Source of the DNA: an uncultured delta proteobacterium
Lineage (GTDB): Bacteria; Desulfobacterota; Binatia; DP-6
DNA length: 64,000 nucleotides
Direction of reading: 5' to 3'
Assembly (NCBI GenBank): GCA_963815115.1
Contig: CAWFFN010000005.1
Coordinates: 352,001-416,000 of the forward strand
Positions 9,668 to 19,722 of the stretch are shown in pieces. The translations under genes were made by a program, and so were the position numbers. Under the pieces are notes generated by a model. It did no database searches and was not told where the DNA came from. It saw only the letters and a program-made list of their open reading frames with translations. The first letter of the stretch is position 1, and each line of letters opens with the position of its first letter.

Positions 9668-10699
9668 ATGCGCTACGCGACGATCCTGCTCCTGATTGCC
9701 GGCACGGCGCTGCTCGGCTTCACGCTGGCCCGCGCCGATCTCGGTCAAGCTTGGAGCCAGCTCCACGACGTCGGCTGGTCTGGCACCGCGGTGCTCGCCG
9801 GCCTGCTCTTCGCCGCCTCGCTCGCCCAGGCAGGCGTCCTGATCCAGACGGTTCCAACCGCCCGCATGACCGCGCACTGGGCTCACGCACTCTGGAAGGT
9901 CTGGATGGTGGGCGAGGCGTTCAACACGGTGACTCCGCTGGGCTCGTTCGGGGGTGAGCCCGTCAAGGCTGCCTTGCTGAAGAAGCACTACGGCATCGGC
10001 CTGCGGGAAGGGGCTGCCGCGCTCGTCCTGGCGCAGACGATCGGCATCATCGCCCTCGTGGCCTTTCTCGTCGCGGGCTTCGTGCTCATGCTGAGGAGTC
10101 CGGTCATCCCGTCGGCGTACCGCGTGACCGTCGGGTCCGCCCTCGCGGCGTTCGGCGGCTGCGTCCTGCTCCTGTTCCTCACCCAGCGCCACGGGATGCT
10201 GTCACGGGTGGGCAGGCGCCTCGCGAGCACGCGCTTCGGCGGCCGGGCGCAGACCCTCGTCGAGCTGGTGCACGACGTCGAGCACCGGCTGATCGCGTTC
10301 TACACCGGTCAACGCCCTCGCTTTGCCCTCGCCGTGGGCCTCGGCTTCGCGTACTGGCTGTTCGGCATGCTCCGCACCTACGCCACCATGGCGTGGCTCG
10401 GGCGGCCGATCACGTGGACGGACGCCTGGATCATCGAGGCCGGGTTGCTGCTCGTGCGCTCCGTCCTGTTCCTCGTGCCCGGAAACGTCGGCACGCAGGA
10501 GGCGGCACTGGTCATGAGCGTCGGCGCGATCACGGGCTCGAGCGCGCTCGGGCTCGCGATGGCCATCATCCGGCGCGTCCTCGAGCTCGCCTGGGTGGGA
10601 GTGGGACTGCTCGTGGGCTGGACGTTCTCGTGGGCTCCCGAGGCCATCCCGGGAGCCGTCTCCGAACCTGCGCCGCCCGCGCCGGATCTTTCGGCCTGA
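9668..10699 (+). CDS. Lysylphosphatidylglycerol-synthase TM / flippase-like (HpnL-like) membrane protein
   Basis: Multi-TM protein with GEAFNTVTPLGSFGGEPVKA, FLVPGNVGTQE and IIRRVLEL. Confidence 0.82.
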   Translation: MRYATILLLIAGTALLGFTLARADLGQAWSQLHDVGWSGTAVLAGLLFAASLAQAGVLIQTVPTARMTAHWAHALWKVWMVGEAFNTVTPLGSFGGEPVKAALLKKHYGIGLREGAAALVLAQTIGIIALVAFLVAGFVLMLRSPVIPSAYRVTVGSALAAFGGCVLLLFLTQRHGMLSRVGRRLASTRFGGRAQTLVELVHDVEHRLIAFYTGQRPRFALAVGLGFAYWLFGMLRTYATMAWLGRPITWTDAWIIEAGLLLVRSVLFLVPGNVGTQEAALVMSVGAITGSSALGLAMAIIRRVLELAWVGVGLLVGWTFSWAPEAIPGAVSEPAPPAPDLSA

Positions 10700-10789
10700 G
10701 CTGCGCGCCCGAGCGCCCCGCCTCCGGCCGACGTCGGGTCCCTGGCCACCTCCGCCTGCCCGGCGGCTATTGCCGATGGTCGAGCCCGG

Positions 10790-10905
10790 TGGTACGGAAC
10801 CGGCTCGTGGCCGAGTGGTGTCAGGAACGCGGTCAGGAGCTGGCGGACGCCTGGGATGCGGCTATCAACGGAAGGGAGATCCCATGGGTGGCTCCACTCC
10901 GCTGA
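10790..10905 (+). pseudogene. C-terminal remnant of a DUF4160-like protein
   Basis: RLVAEWCQERGQELADAWDAAINGREIPWVAPLR* resembles the DUF4160 C-terminus; no N-terminal half is visible. Confidence 0.5.
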
Positions 10906-11173
10906 TTCGTGCGGTCACGACGCCCGCGTACATGCGGGTCTCGATCGAGGCTAGCGACGGCAACCGATACCACGCCGATCTGTCCTCGTTCTCGGCGGTT
11001 ACTGCTTCCCGCGCAACGCGGACGAATGGTCTAAGGTGTCGATCGACTCCTACGGCCTTGGCCTCGTGTGGGCTACGAGATTCGAGGTCCACGTCGACCA
11101 GATCATCGGGTTGACAGATCATGTGGAGCGGGTCGCGGAGTCGCCGCCGACGACGACGCCCGCCTCCTCCTGA
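10884..11173 (+). pseudogene. DUF2442-like protein, frameshifted at ~11000
   Basis: MGGSTPLIRAV...RYHADLS continues in another frame as YCFPRNADEWSKVSIDSYGLGLVWATRFEVHVDQIIG...; GGGAG RBS upstream. Confidence 0.55.
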
Positions 11174-11377
11174 GGGCCGGGACCGACCAAGGGCTCGGAA
11201 ATGGATGGGGCCCGTACCCCGGCACATCTGTAGATAGCGGTTTCGGGCAGATAGCGGACGTAGCCCCCGCCCCCTTCAGCCCCGGCTTGCACGGTTCAGC
11301 CGCACGTGCGGCGTGTCGCCGATCGCGTCGAGGATCGTCGTGGCGCGCCCGGAGCAGTCCGGCCGGCTCGGGCCGCG

Positions 11378-12133
11378 TCAGCGCCGCGGCCAGGCGACCC
11401 GCCCGCGTCGGACCTGCTCGAAGAACCACTCGTGGAAGCCGCGGGCGAGTATCCACTCGATCCGATCGCCGCGCCACACGATACGCTCGGGGCGTGCAGG
11501 GACGCCGCCTTCACGGAGAAACGCCTGCGTGCGGTCGAGGTCGGCGCGGCACGGGTCGAGCCGCCGAAGACGCTGGTACCAGGCGAGGAGGCACGGATGG
11601 GTCGTGCCGTCGAACGAGACGTCGAGGAAGCGGACGGCCGTCAGGTGCGGGAAGAGCGCGAGGTCGGCGATCGACAGCGCGCCGCAGAGGAACTCGCGAT
11701 CCGCAAGCACGCGCTCGAGCTCGGTGTACACCGGCGCCAGGTCCTCGCGCGCCGCGTCGCGCAGACCCGGCGGCTCCTCGCCCGGGTGAAAGCCGAAGCC
11801 GCCATTCGAGACGTCGTGCGTGATGGCGTCGAGGAGCGTGTCGGCGAGCCGCTCCCAGTGGAGCGCCCGCGCCCGTTCCTCGGGGTCGGACGGATACACC
11901 GGACGCTCCGAGTAGCGCTGCTCGAGGTACGCCACGATGTGAGAGGAGTTGATCACGAGCAGCTCCCCGTCCTGCAGGACGGGGACTTCGACCCTGGGAT
12001 TCACCGCCGCGAGCCGTGCGTGTCCCGCCGGGGCGAGTCCGTCAATCACCTCGAACGCGAGCCGCTTGTGTTCGAGGACCATGCGCACCTTGCGGGCGAA
12101 GGGGCTGAATGCGTTGTCGTAGAGCGTGATCAC
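11378..12133 (-). CDS. Glutathione S-transferase family protein
   Basis: TLYDNAFSPFARKVRMVLEHK, VNPRVEVPVL, NSSHIVAYL, SIADLAL; GTG start. Confidence 0.9.
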   Translation of the reverse strand: MITLYDNAFSPFARKVRMVLEHKRLAFEVIDGLAPAGHARLAAVNPRVEVPVLQDGELLVINSSHIVAYLEQRYSERPVYPSDPEERARALHWERLADTLLDAITHDVSNGGFGFHPGEEPPGLRDAAREDLAPVYTELERVLADREFLCGALSIADLALFPHLTAVRFLDVSFDGTTHPCLLAWYQRLRRLDPCRADLDRTQAFLREGGVPARPERIVWRGDRIEWILARGFHEWFFEQVRRGRVAWPRR

Positions 12134-12233
12134 GAGGATTCGCGCCTCCGGTCCCAGCCTGGGCGACGGCCAGGGCCGACGCAAGGGCGGGACGAGCGCG
12201 CCCATCGCACCCGGTCGCGACCTGTGGCATCGG

Positions 12234-12542
12234 ATGCCCATGTACGCCCGCATCGGCACCTTCGATGCTCCGCCCGATCGGCTGGACACCGTCGTCGACC
12301 ATTTTCGCGACAGCGTCGTCCCCGCCTTTTCGAAGCACGACGGCTTCGGCGGCTACCGCCTCTACGTCGATCGCGAACGCGGCCGCCTCGTCGGCATCTC
12401 GCTCTGGACGACCCGCGCCGCCCTCGAGGCGAGCGTCGCCACCGCGCGCACCGCGCTGGATGGGGCGGCTCGGCTCGGCGCGACGATCGTCGGCGAGCCG
12501 CAGACATTCGCCGAGGCCTTCGACGCCAGTCCCGTGCCATGA
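12234..12542 (+). CDS. Small ABM-like (dimeric alpha/beta barrel) protein
   Basis: MYARIGTF...GFGGYRLYVDRERGRLVGISLWTT pattern. Confidence 0.65.
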   Translation: MPMYARIGTFDAPPDRLDTVVDHFRDSVVPAFSKHDGFGGYRLYVDRERGRLVGISLWTTRAALEASVATARTALDGAARLGATIVGEPQTFAEAFDASPVP

Positions 12543-12623
12543 GTCCCGGGATGCGCCGTTGGCGAGACGCCGACGTCACGGCGCACTTTGAGTCCGGGAC
12601 TGGGGTGACGTAGTCGACCGCCG

Positions 12624-14075
12624 TCACGGCCCCTGCCCCGTCGCGGCGCTCCACGCCTCGACGCTCGAGTATGTCTCCGCGCCCCAGACGATCGACACCG
12701 GGGCACCACCGGTGTCGTACTCGTTGCCAGTGAAGAGCAGGCCCGGCTGGCGCGCGGGCTCCGGTACGACGATCAGCGGCACGCCGTCCTGCGTCGTGAT
12801 CGCGTTGCCCTCGAAGGTCGTGTCGACGTTCGTCGTGCCGTCGCGCACGACGTGAATCCCGAACGGACCGTCGCCCACCGGCGCGCCGGGCTCGCGCGGG
12901 CCGACCTCGATCCGGTTGCCTGCGAACCTCGTGCGCACCGCACCACCGCCGACCACGAGCCCGCCGCCGTTGGTGCGGCCGTCGTTCACCGACACGTTGT
13001 CGAGCACCTGGTTGTCCCCCATCGGGCGCGCGCCGGCGAACTGGTAGACGAGGAAGCCCGAGCCGACGTTGTCGTGGCTTTTGTTGCGGTGCAGCACGCA
13101 ATTCGTGGCGCCGCCGTCGAGGTCGAAGCCGCCGCCGTCCCGCGTGCCGGACCGGTTGCCCCACGCCTCGTTGTGCTCGATGACGACGCGGTTCGAGTCC
13201 CAGGTCCAGATGCCGATCGGGCCGCCCGGGAAGTCGTTGCGCCATCCGTTGTCCCAGGCGCGCGAGCGCGCGATCAGACCTCCGTCCACGTCGACCAGGA
13301 CGATACCATTCCCGCTGTTGCCGCCCTTGCCCGCAATGCCGGGGTTGGCGTGGCTCGCGCTGTGCACGACCTTCACGTTCGCGTGCGCCCAGCCAACCGC
13401 GTTGCTGGCGAACGAGCCGTAGGTCAGGATGCCGGCGTCGGCGTTGTCGTGCGCGTCCACGCGGAAGAAACGGACGTCGGAGAAGCCGGTCTTGACTGGA
13501 CGCCCGAGCGCGTCGGTCGCGTAGCCGCCGAGCACGAGACCGACACCGCCGAAGCCGCTCACCTCGACGTTCGTGACGCGAGCGTAGTCGAATCGCGTTC
13601 CGGGCACGGCGACGTCGGAGTAGAACGAGATGCCGTCGCCGCGGTTGCCTGCGTCGCGTCCCGCACCGACGACGATCAGCCCGCTCAGGCTCACCCCGCC
13701 CGCGTCGTAGACGAGGATGCCGCCGCCGGTGCCGCCGTCGATCGTCGCGCGGCCACCGCCGAAGCTGCGGACGGTCACCGGCCGGCGGCGGGTGCCCGCG
13801 TCCTCGGGGCCGATCACCAGCCGGCCATCGAAGGTGGCGCGGCCCTCGAGCAGGATGCGGTCGCCGGGCTCGAGATCGACCTCGTTCACCCGGGCGAGCG
13901 AGCGCCACGCGGTGGCGCGGCTGTTGCCCGCCGCGGCGTCGTCGCCCGCGGCACGGACGAAGTACGCGGTCGCGGCGCTGGACTGGGGTGCGGCCACGAG
14001 CACGGCCACGGCGAAGGCCGCGGCCAGTGCTCGACCGGGCGAGCTACGGTGTCGAGGTCGATCCAGGGGGATCAG
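12624..14075 (-). CDS. Secreted right-handed parallel beta-helix (pectin-lyase-like) protein; start uncertain
   Basis: Signal-like segment, then YFVRAAGDDAAAGNS...AWRSLARVN, LEPGDRILL, DGGGFDLDGG and N/G-rich repeats (ORF 12624-14450). Confidence 0.8.
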   Translation of the reverse strand: MIPLDRPRHRSSPGRALAAAFAVAVLVAAPQSSAATAYFVRAAGDDAAAGNSRATAWRSLARVNEVDLEPGDRILLEGRATFDGRLVIGPEDAGTRRRPVTVRSFGGGRATIDGGTGGGILVYDAGGVSLSGLIVVGAGRDAGNRGDGISFYSDVAVPGTRFDYARVTNVEVSGFGGVGLVLGGYATDALGRPVKTGFSDVRFFRVDAHDNADAGILTYGSFASNAVGWAHANVKVVHSASHANPGIAGKGGNSGNGIVLVDVDGGLIARSRAWDNGWRNDFPGGPIGIWTWDSNRVVIEHNEAWGNRSGTRDGGGFDLDGGATNCVLHRNKSHDNVGSGFLVYQFAGARPMGDNQVLDNVSVNDGRTNGGGLVVGGGAVRTRFAGNRIEVGPREPGAPVGDGPFGIHVVRDGTTNVDTTFEGNAITTQDGVPLIVVPEPARQPGLLFTGNEYDTGGAPVSIVWGAETYSSVEAWSAATGQGP

Positions 14076-14552
14076 CGTGTGGCCCGCGCGCGCCCAGATG
14101 CAAGCGCCGCGTGCGGAGCCGTCGGCCGGCGCCTCGGCACGCCCAAGGGGCGCGAGCGCGCCGCCGGGTACGTCGCCCGCGTCGTCGAGCCGAAGGGCGG
14201 CTGGTCGCGCATCTCGCGCGGTAGCGAGAACCGCGTAGCGTAGCGCGGACCGGGGGCATGGGCGAGTGCGCCGGTCCGCCCGGCCGACGGCGATCCGAGC
14301 TGCGACCTCGACGGCCACTGCAACGATCAGTGCCTCTTCGGACTGAGCATCTGTGCGACGTCGCCGTCTGTCGTGCTCTACGGTGCTTCTCTCGTCGTTG
14401 AGTCTCCAGCCTCGTGATCGTGCAGGTCGTCGTCTGCGCTGCGCCGGCACTCACCAGGCGTCCATTCTGGGTCGCGGGGCGCCCCACGTTGCACGCGGGG
14501 AGCGCGGCCCCAGACGGCTATCTGAGCTCGCGGCTCAGGACATGAACCGGGG

Positions 14553-17500
14553 TCACGTGCTCGCGCTTGAAGCTCGCAGGACCACCGTCGACGGGCAGCG
14601 CCGCACCGTGACCGCGTCGGCGCCGAACTCCGGTACCGCCCTGCCGTCGAGCTCGACCGCGCGCAGCGTGCCGCCGAGCGGCGGGCGCAGGACGATGCCG
14701 CCCGGCGGCGCGACGTCGCCGCGCAGGGCGATCGTCACGGCGTCGTCGCCGGCGCGGCGCAGCGTGAAGCCGAGCGTGCCCCAGTAGGTGACGAGCCCGT
14801 CGACTTCGACGTCTGCCTCGTCGAGCCACGCGGACGGAATGCCGGCCGCGATCACGAGCGCCTCGTCCACCATGCGCTCGTACGCCAGCATCGTGCGGAA
14901 CGAGAGCACCCACTCCGCCGCGATCCACGCGTGCGGCACGTCGCCGATGTGGCCGGGGCTCCGCGGATCGCGCCACGAGATCTCGGGCCACTGGTTCCAT
15001 GGGGCGGGACGACGATCGCCGATGAGGAAGCTGGCCAGCTCGTTCGCGGCGCTGCGCTCGCCGAGGCACACGAGCGCGCCGACGATGCGCACCTCGTAGG
15101 CGGTGTAGTTCTTCCACGGAATCTCGCCGCCGCGCCGCTGCCGAAAGCCGGTGAGGTACTTCGCGTACGTGTGCGCGGCGGCGTCGCGCGGCAGCGTGGG
15201 CAGCTCGCCGAGGAGCGAGATCGCGTTCGACGTCGCCGTCGGATCGAAATCCGCCCACTCGACCGAGCCCGGCACGTAGTCGAGGCCCCGCACGGCGATC
15301 GTCGTCTCGAGCGACGCGCGCACGTGGGTGCGCATCGCGTCGCGCAGCCCGCGCAGCCGCGCCGCCTCTGCCGCGTCGCCGCGGACGCCGGCCAGGTACG
15401 CGGCGTCGGCGAACGCGCGGATCGCCCAGAAGTCGTCCCAGTAGGCGTGCACCGGGTGGGCGAGGTAGCCCTCGTGGCTCGCCGACTCGGGCAACAGGCC
15501 GCGAAACGCGCGCTTCTCGGGGGTGTCGTACTCGGCCGCGAGGCGCGTCTCGCGCAGCCGCGCGAGGAAACCGACGGCCCGTTCCACCGACGGCCACAGC
15601 GAGTCGAGGAAAGCGCGGTCGGCCCCGAAGCGGACGCACTCGGTGACCGTGAAGACGAGCTCGCCGTGGCTGTCGTGCTCGACGAGCCAGTCGGGTCCGT
15701 TGTGGTCGACGATGCAGGGGACGTTGCCATCGTCCTTCTGATACGGGGCGTACCAGCGCACGAACGCTTGCGCCGCGTCGGCGCACCCCATGCGCAGCAG
15801 CGCCGCCGCCATGATGGCGCCGTCGCGGATCCAGGAGCGCGTGTAACGGCGCGGTCCCGGCTGGAGCGCCGGGCCGTCGCGCAGGACGAGCACGTGCGCA
15901 ACGGCCGTGCGCATCGTGTCGGCCCACGGACGAGCGCTCGCCGGCAGGCGGACGGTCACGCCGCCGAGCCGCTCGCGCCAATCCCGCCGGATGGTCTCCA
16001 GCGGCGGCGCCACCACGTCCATGTCCGCCATCGTGCCGAACGGGACCGCGAGGTGCACCTCCGCCGCGCCGCCCGCCGCCAGCGCGACGTCGAAGCGCAG
16101 CGCGCCCGAGGCGTAGCCGAACGCGTCGACGACGTGCGTCCGCGGCGGCACGTCGCCGCCGTGGAGGTGCGCGACGACGCCGCCCTGGTCGAAGGTCGCG
16201 GCGCCCGCGCCGTCGGCCGGCGTGAGCGCGACCACCGTGCGCGCGCCGTCGACGCGCAGCCCGCGAGCGGATGCCACGATCTCGCCGATCGAGCTCATGC
16301 CGCCGAGCGCGCCGAACGCCTGCCATGGCGGCGTCACCTGGAACGGACGGCACGTGGCGAACAGCCGCACCGACTGCGCCGGTCCGTCGTGCTCGAGGCG
16401 ATAGCGGACGAAGAGCACGGGTCGGTCGTCGACGCGCGCCGCGAACGCCGTGGTCCGCAGCACGAGCCCGCCGACGCGCCACACGGACGACGGGATCGGC
16501 AGCCAGCCGTCGTCGAGCTCCTGGCTCACCGCGGCGTCGGCCCACGTGACCAGGGCACCGTCGACGAACAGGAACGGCTCGAGCGAGAAGGTGCCGCGGT
16601 CGACCTCGATCCGGCCCTCCTCCTCGATGAGCGCGCAGGTGTCGCCGTCGGCGACGCCGATCGGCGTCCAGTAGCTCTGCTCGCCGACCTGGTAGCGGGG
16701 GCAATCGCCGCGCGGCAGGTCGGCCGCGACGGCGCGGAAGAAGCTGTCGATCGAGCGCGAGAACTCGTACGGACGGATCTCGATCCGCGACAGGCCGAGG
16801 CCGTCGCCGGCGCTCTCGTCGAGCTCGAGCCGCAAGTAGCGGGCCGACGTGCCGGGCATGTAGACCCAGCTGCGGGCGGCGTCGGCGTGCGTGGTGGTGT
16901 GCGCCGTCTGCCAGGCGATCCCGTCGTTCGACGTCCGCACGCGGAACGCGCGTGCGCGCCCGCCGTCTTCCCAGTGGAGGACGAGGCCGCCGTACTCGCG
17001 CTCGCCCTGGAAGTCGACGTCGAGCCACTGCGGCGCGGCGCCCTGGCTTCGCCAGCTCGTTGCCGGCGACGCCGTGAAGAGGTCGTCGGCCCCGTGCCCC
17101 GGCTGCGCGCTCGACGCACGCACCACGGGCGCGGCGCGGACCGTGCGGTCCTCGAAGCGCAGGTCGGCAAGCCAGACGCTGCCGCGGCCGCCGGGGCCGG
17201 CCGCGAGCGCGATCTCGATGGTGCCCACCTCCGAGATCGCTCCGCCGCCGGCGGGGCCCCACGCGAACTCGACCTGGCTCGAGCGGACGCGCATGGGTTG
17301 CCACTGCGGCGGCAGCGCGAGCGCCTCTTCACGGTACCACCACACGTTCTCGCCGCCCGGTGCAGCCAGCTTGATCTCCAGCCGATTGCGCGGACCGTCT
17401 CCCCGTAGCGCGAACGCGAGCGCCCAGGTCTCGGGCAGTTGCAGCGCCAGCTCCTTGCGCGCCACCACGAAGCCGCCGCCCCCGGCGAAATCGAAGTCGA

Positions 17501-17621
17501 GACGCATCGCGTTCCCGCCGTCGGGGCCGGGGTCCCGCCTGACATCGAGACGCGCCAGCCCGGAGGCGATCGGACGCCAGCCGGACAGGTCCGCGAAGTC
17601 GTCGCGCAGCAGATCGGCCAT
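14553..17621 (-). CDS. Discoidin (F5/8 type C) domain protein with C-terminal (alpha/alpha)6 glycosidase-like domain
   Basis: Discoidin ASS...WRS..QWLDVDF...ARYLRL; QPGPRRYTRSWIRDG, EHDSHGE, LPESASHEGY, YWDDFW. Confidence 0.8.
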   Translation of the reverse strand: MADLLRDDFADLSGWRPIASGLARLDVRRDPGPDGGNAMRLDFDFAGGGGFVVARKELALQLPETWALAFALRGDGPRNRLEIKLAAPGGENVWWYREEALALPPQWQPMRVRSSQVEFAWGPAGGGAISEVGTIEIALAAGPGGRGSVWLADLRFEDRTVRAAPVVRASSAQPGHGADDLFTASPATSWRSQGAAPQWLDVDFQGEREYGGLVLHWEDGGRARAFRVRTSNDGIAWQTAHTTTHADAARSWVYMPGTSARYLRLELDESAGDGLGLSRIEIRPYEFSRSIDSFFRAVAADLPRGDCPRYQVGEQSYWTPIGVADGDTCALIEEEGRIEVDRGTFSLEPFLFVDGALVTWADAAVSQELDDGWLPIPSSVWRVGGLVLRTTAFAARVDDRPVLFVRYRLEHDGPAQSVRLFATCRPFQVTPPWQAFGALGGMSSIGEIVASARGLRVDGARTVVALTPADGAGAATFDQGGVVAHLHGGDVPPRTHVVDAFGYASGALRFDVALAAGGAAEVHLAVPFGTMADMDVVAPPLETIRRDWRERLGGVTVRLPASARPWADTMRTAVAHVLVLRDGPALQPGPRRYTRSWIRDGAIMAAALLRMGCADAAQAFVRWYAPYQKDDGNVPCIVDHNGPDWLVEHDSHGELVFTVTECVRFGADRAFLDSLWPSVERAVGFLARLRETRLAAEYDTPEKRAFRGLLPESASHEGYLAHPVHAYWDDFWAIRAFADAAYLAGVRGDAAEAARLRGLRDAMRTHVRASLETTIAVRGLDYVPGSVEWADFDPTATSNAISLLGELPTLPRDAAAHTYAKYLTGFRQRRGGEIPWKNYTAYEVRIVGALVCLGERSAANELASFLIGDRRPAPWNQWPEISWRDPRSPGHIGDVPHAWIAAEWVLSFRTMLAYERMVDEALVIAAGIPSAWLDEADVEVDGLVTYWGTLGFTLRRAGDDAVTIALRGDVAPPGGIVLRPPLGGTLRAVELDGRAVPEFGADAVTVRRCPSTVVLRASSAST

Positions 17622-17717
17622 GAGCCGCGCGAGCCCTAGACGACGCCTGCGCGGCAGGCAACCCGGTTCCATTCGCGGCGCGGCCGGGGAGTGCGCTAGA
17701 CAGGGGCCGCGTCACCC

Positions 17718-19469
17718 ATGAGCCCCGTCGCCACCGGCTCCGACGAGAGCACTCATTCCCGGCAGACCTGGCGGCACTTCGTCGACGCGATCCGCAACCT
17801 CCTGACGAGCGAGGTCCGCGGCAGGGCGATCTTCCTGTGCGTGTCGCTCCTCCTCATCTTCCTCGCCATCAACGCCCTCAACGTCGTCAACAGCTACGTC
17901 GGCCGCGACTTCATGACGGCGATCGAGAGCAAGGACCGGGTGGGCTTCGCCCGCTACGCGCTGTTCTATGTCCTGGTGTTCGCGGCCTCGACGGTGACCG
18001 CGGTGCTGGCGAGCTACACCCAGGATCTCCTCGGGCTGCTGTGGCGCGACTGGCTCACGCGGCGGACCGTGAACATCTATCTCACCGATCGCTCCTACGT
18101 ACGCGTGCAGATGCCGGGCGGGTTGCAGAATCCCGACCAGCGCATCTCCGAGGACATCCGCACCTTCGTCACGATGACGCTGTCGGTGAGCCTCATGCTG
18201 CTCAACGGCTCCATCACCGTCGTCGCGTTCTCGAGCGTGCTGTGGTCGATCAGCCGGAAGCTGTTCGCGGTCGGCCTCCTCTATGCGGCCGTCGGCTCGG
18301 TGGCGACCGTCCTCCTCGGCCGCCGGCTGGTGTCGCTCAACTACATCCAGGCCGACCGCGAGGCCGACTTCCGCGCGCAGCTGATCCACGTCCGGGAGAA
18401 CGCCGAGTCGATCGCGCTGCAGCATCGCGAGGCGCGCCTGCTGAGCCGGCTCATCGATCAGATCGCCGCGCTGATCGGCAACCAGCGCCTCATCATCAAC
18501 GTCTCGCGCAACGTCGGCTTCTTCACGACCGGCTATAACTACATGATCCAGATCATCCCCGCGCTGATCGTCGCGCCGATGTTCATGCGTGACGACGTGC
18601 AGTTCGGCGCGGTCACCCAGGCGGCGATGGCGTTCTCGACCCTGCTCGGTGCGTTCTCGCTCGTGGTGACGCAGTTCCAGACGATCACCTCGTATGCCGC
18701 CGTCATGGCCCGGCTGAACGTGCTGGTGGACGCGCTCACGCCCGACGGAGTGCCCAGGGAGATCACGGTCGTCGAGGACGGCGAGCGGGTGGCGTGGGAG
18801 CACCTCACGCTGCGTGCGCCACGCGACGGGCGGCCCCTCGTGCGCGATCTCAGCGTCGACACGCCGCGACGCATCCGGCTGCTCGTGCGTGGCCGGGACA
18901 ACGCCGCGCGCACCGCGCTCGTCCACGCCACCGCCGACATCTTTCACCACGGGGAAGGCCGCATCATCCGGCCGCCGCTCGGCCACCTGGCCTTCCTGCC
19001 CGAGCGGCCGTACCTGCCGCCGGGGACGCTCCGTGAGGTGCTGGTCGGCGAGCTCGACGGAGGCGCCGTCGGCGACGAGGAGCTGCTGCGCGTGATCGGC
19101 CTGCTCCGCGCCGAGCGGGTGCTGGAGCACGTCGGGGGGCTCGATCGTGAGGAGGACTGGGACGAGGCGCTGTCGCTGCGCGAGCAGGAGCTGATCGCCG
19201 TCGGGCGCGTGATCGTCTCGCGGCCGACGTTCGTGATCCTCCACAACCCGAGCCGCACGCTCGATCGCGACCACATCGAGATCGCGCTGAAAGCGCTCTG
19301 CGAGTGCTCCGTCACCTGCATCACGTTCACGGGCACCGACGAGGAGGACGACCACATTGCGGCGCACGACGCGCTCCTCGAGCTCGCGGTCGACGGGAGC
19401 TGGAGCTGGAAGCCGATCCGCGACGGCGTCGTCGTCGAGGGCGAGGCGCGGCAGGCGGGCGTGCCGTGA
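17718..19469 (+). CDS. YddA/SbmA-like (ABCD-type) fused ABC permease-ATPase with degenerate nucleotide-binding domain
   Basis: NPDQRISEDI, EADFR..L..VRENAESIA and PERPYLPPGTLRE are present; Walker A/B motifs are degenerate. Confidence 0.85.
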   Translation: MSPVATGSDESTHSRQTWRHFVDAIRNLLTSEVRGRAIFLCVSLLLIFLAINALNVVNSYVGRDFMTAIESKDRVGFARYALFYVLVFAASTVTAVLASYTQDLLGLLWRDWLTRRTVNIYLTDRSYVRVQMPGGLQNPDQRISEDIRTFVTMTLSVSLMLLNGSITVVAFSSVLWSISRKLFAVGLLYAAVGSVATVLLGRRLVSLNYIQADREADFRAQLIHVRENAESIALQHREARLLSRLIDQIAALIGNQRLIINVSRNVGFFTTGYNYMIQIIPALIVAPMFMRDDVQFGAVTQAAMAFSTLLGAFSLVVTQFQTITSYAAVMARLNVLVDALTPDGVPREITVVEDGERVAWEHLTLRAPRDGRPLVRDLSVDTPRRIRLLVRGRDNAARTALVHATADIFHHGEGRIIRPPLGHLAFLPERPYLPPGTLREVLVGELDGGAVGDEELLRVIGLLRAERVLEHVGGLDREEDWDEALSLREQELIAVGRVIVSRPTFVILHNPSRTLDRDHIEIALKALCECSVTCITFTGTDEEDDHIAAHDALLELAVDGSWSWKPIRDGVVVEGEARQAGVP

Positions 19470-19496
19470 CGCGTCCGCGGTCCCGTGTGGCTCGAG

Positions 19497-19643
19497 AGCG
19501 GTTTCAAGGGTGTTTCAAGGGGCCTGTTCGGCGCAGGCTGAACATGACCCCCCACCCCACCCGTTCGGACATCTCTACTTCGGGGAAAGGCGGACATTTC
19601 CACTTTGTGTTGACATCCATGGATCGTCGCCCTCTGATGGGAG
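19497..19643. repeat. Degenerate direct repeat copy A (interrupted by an IS-end-like segment)
   Basis: GTTTCAAGGGGCCTGTTCGGCGCAGG...ACCCCCCA and TGGATCGTCGCCCTCTGATGGGAG match 21238-21321. Confidence 0.7.
19566..19615. mobile_element. Orphan IS terminal end, IS1202/ISNCY-like
   Basis: Two 15-bp repeats (CGGACATCTCTACTT, CGGACATTTCCACTT) 25 bp apart, ending in TTGACA; no transposase nearby. Confidence 0.5.
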
Positions 19644-19722
19644 AGCGCCGGGGAACAGTCGCCCAGTGACGGACTCGGGCGTCCTTGTAGGCGGGCTGCG
19701 GTTCGGTGTACTCCGCCGCGCT

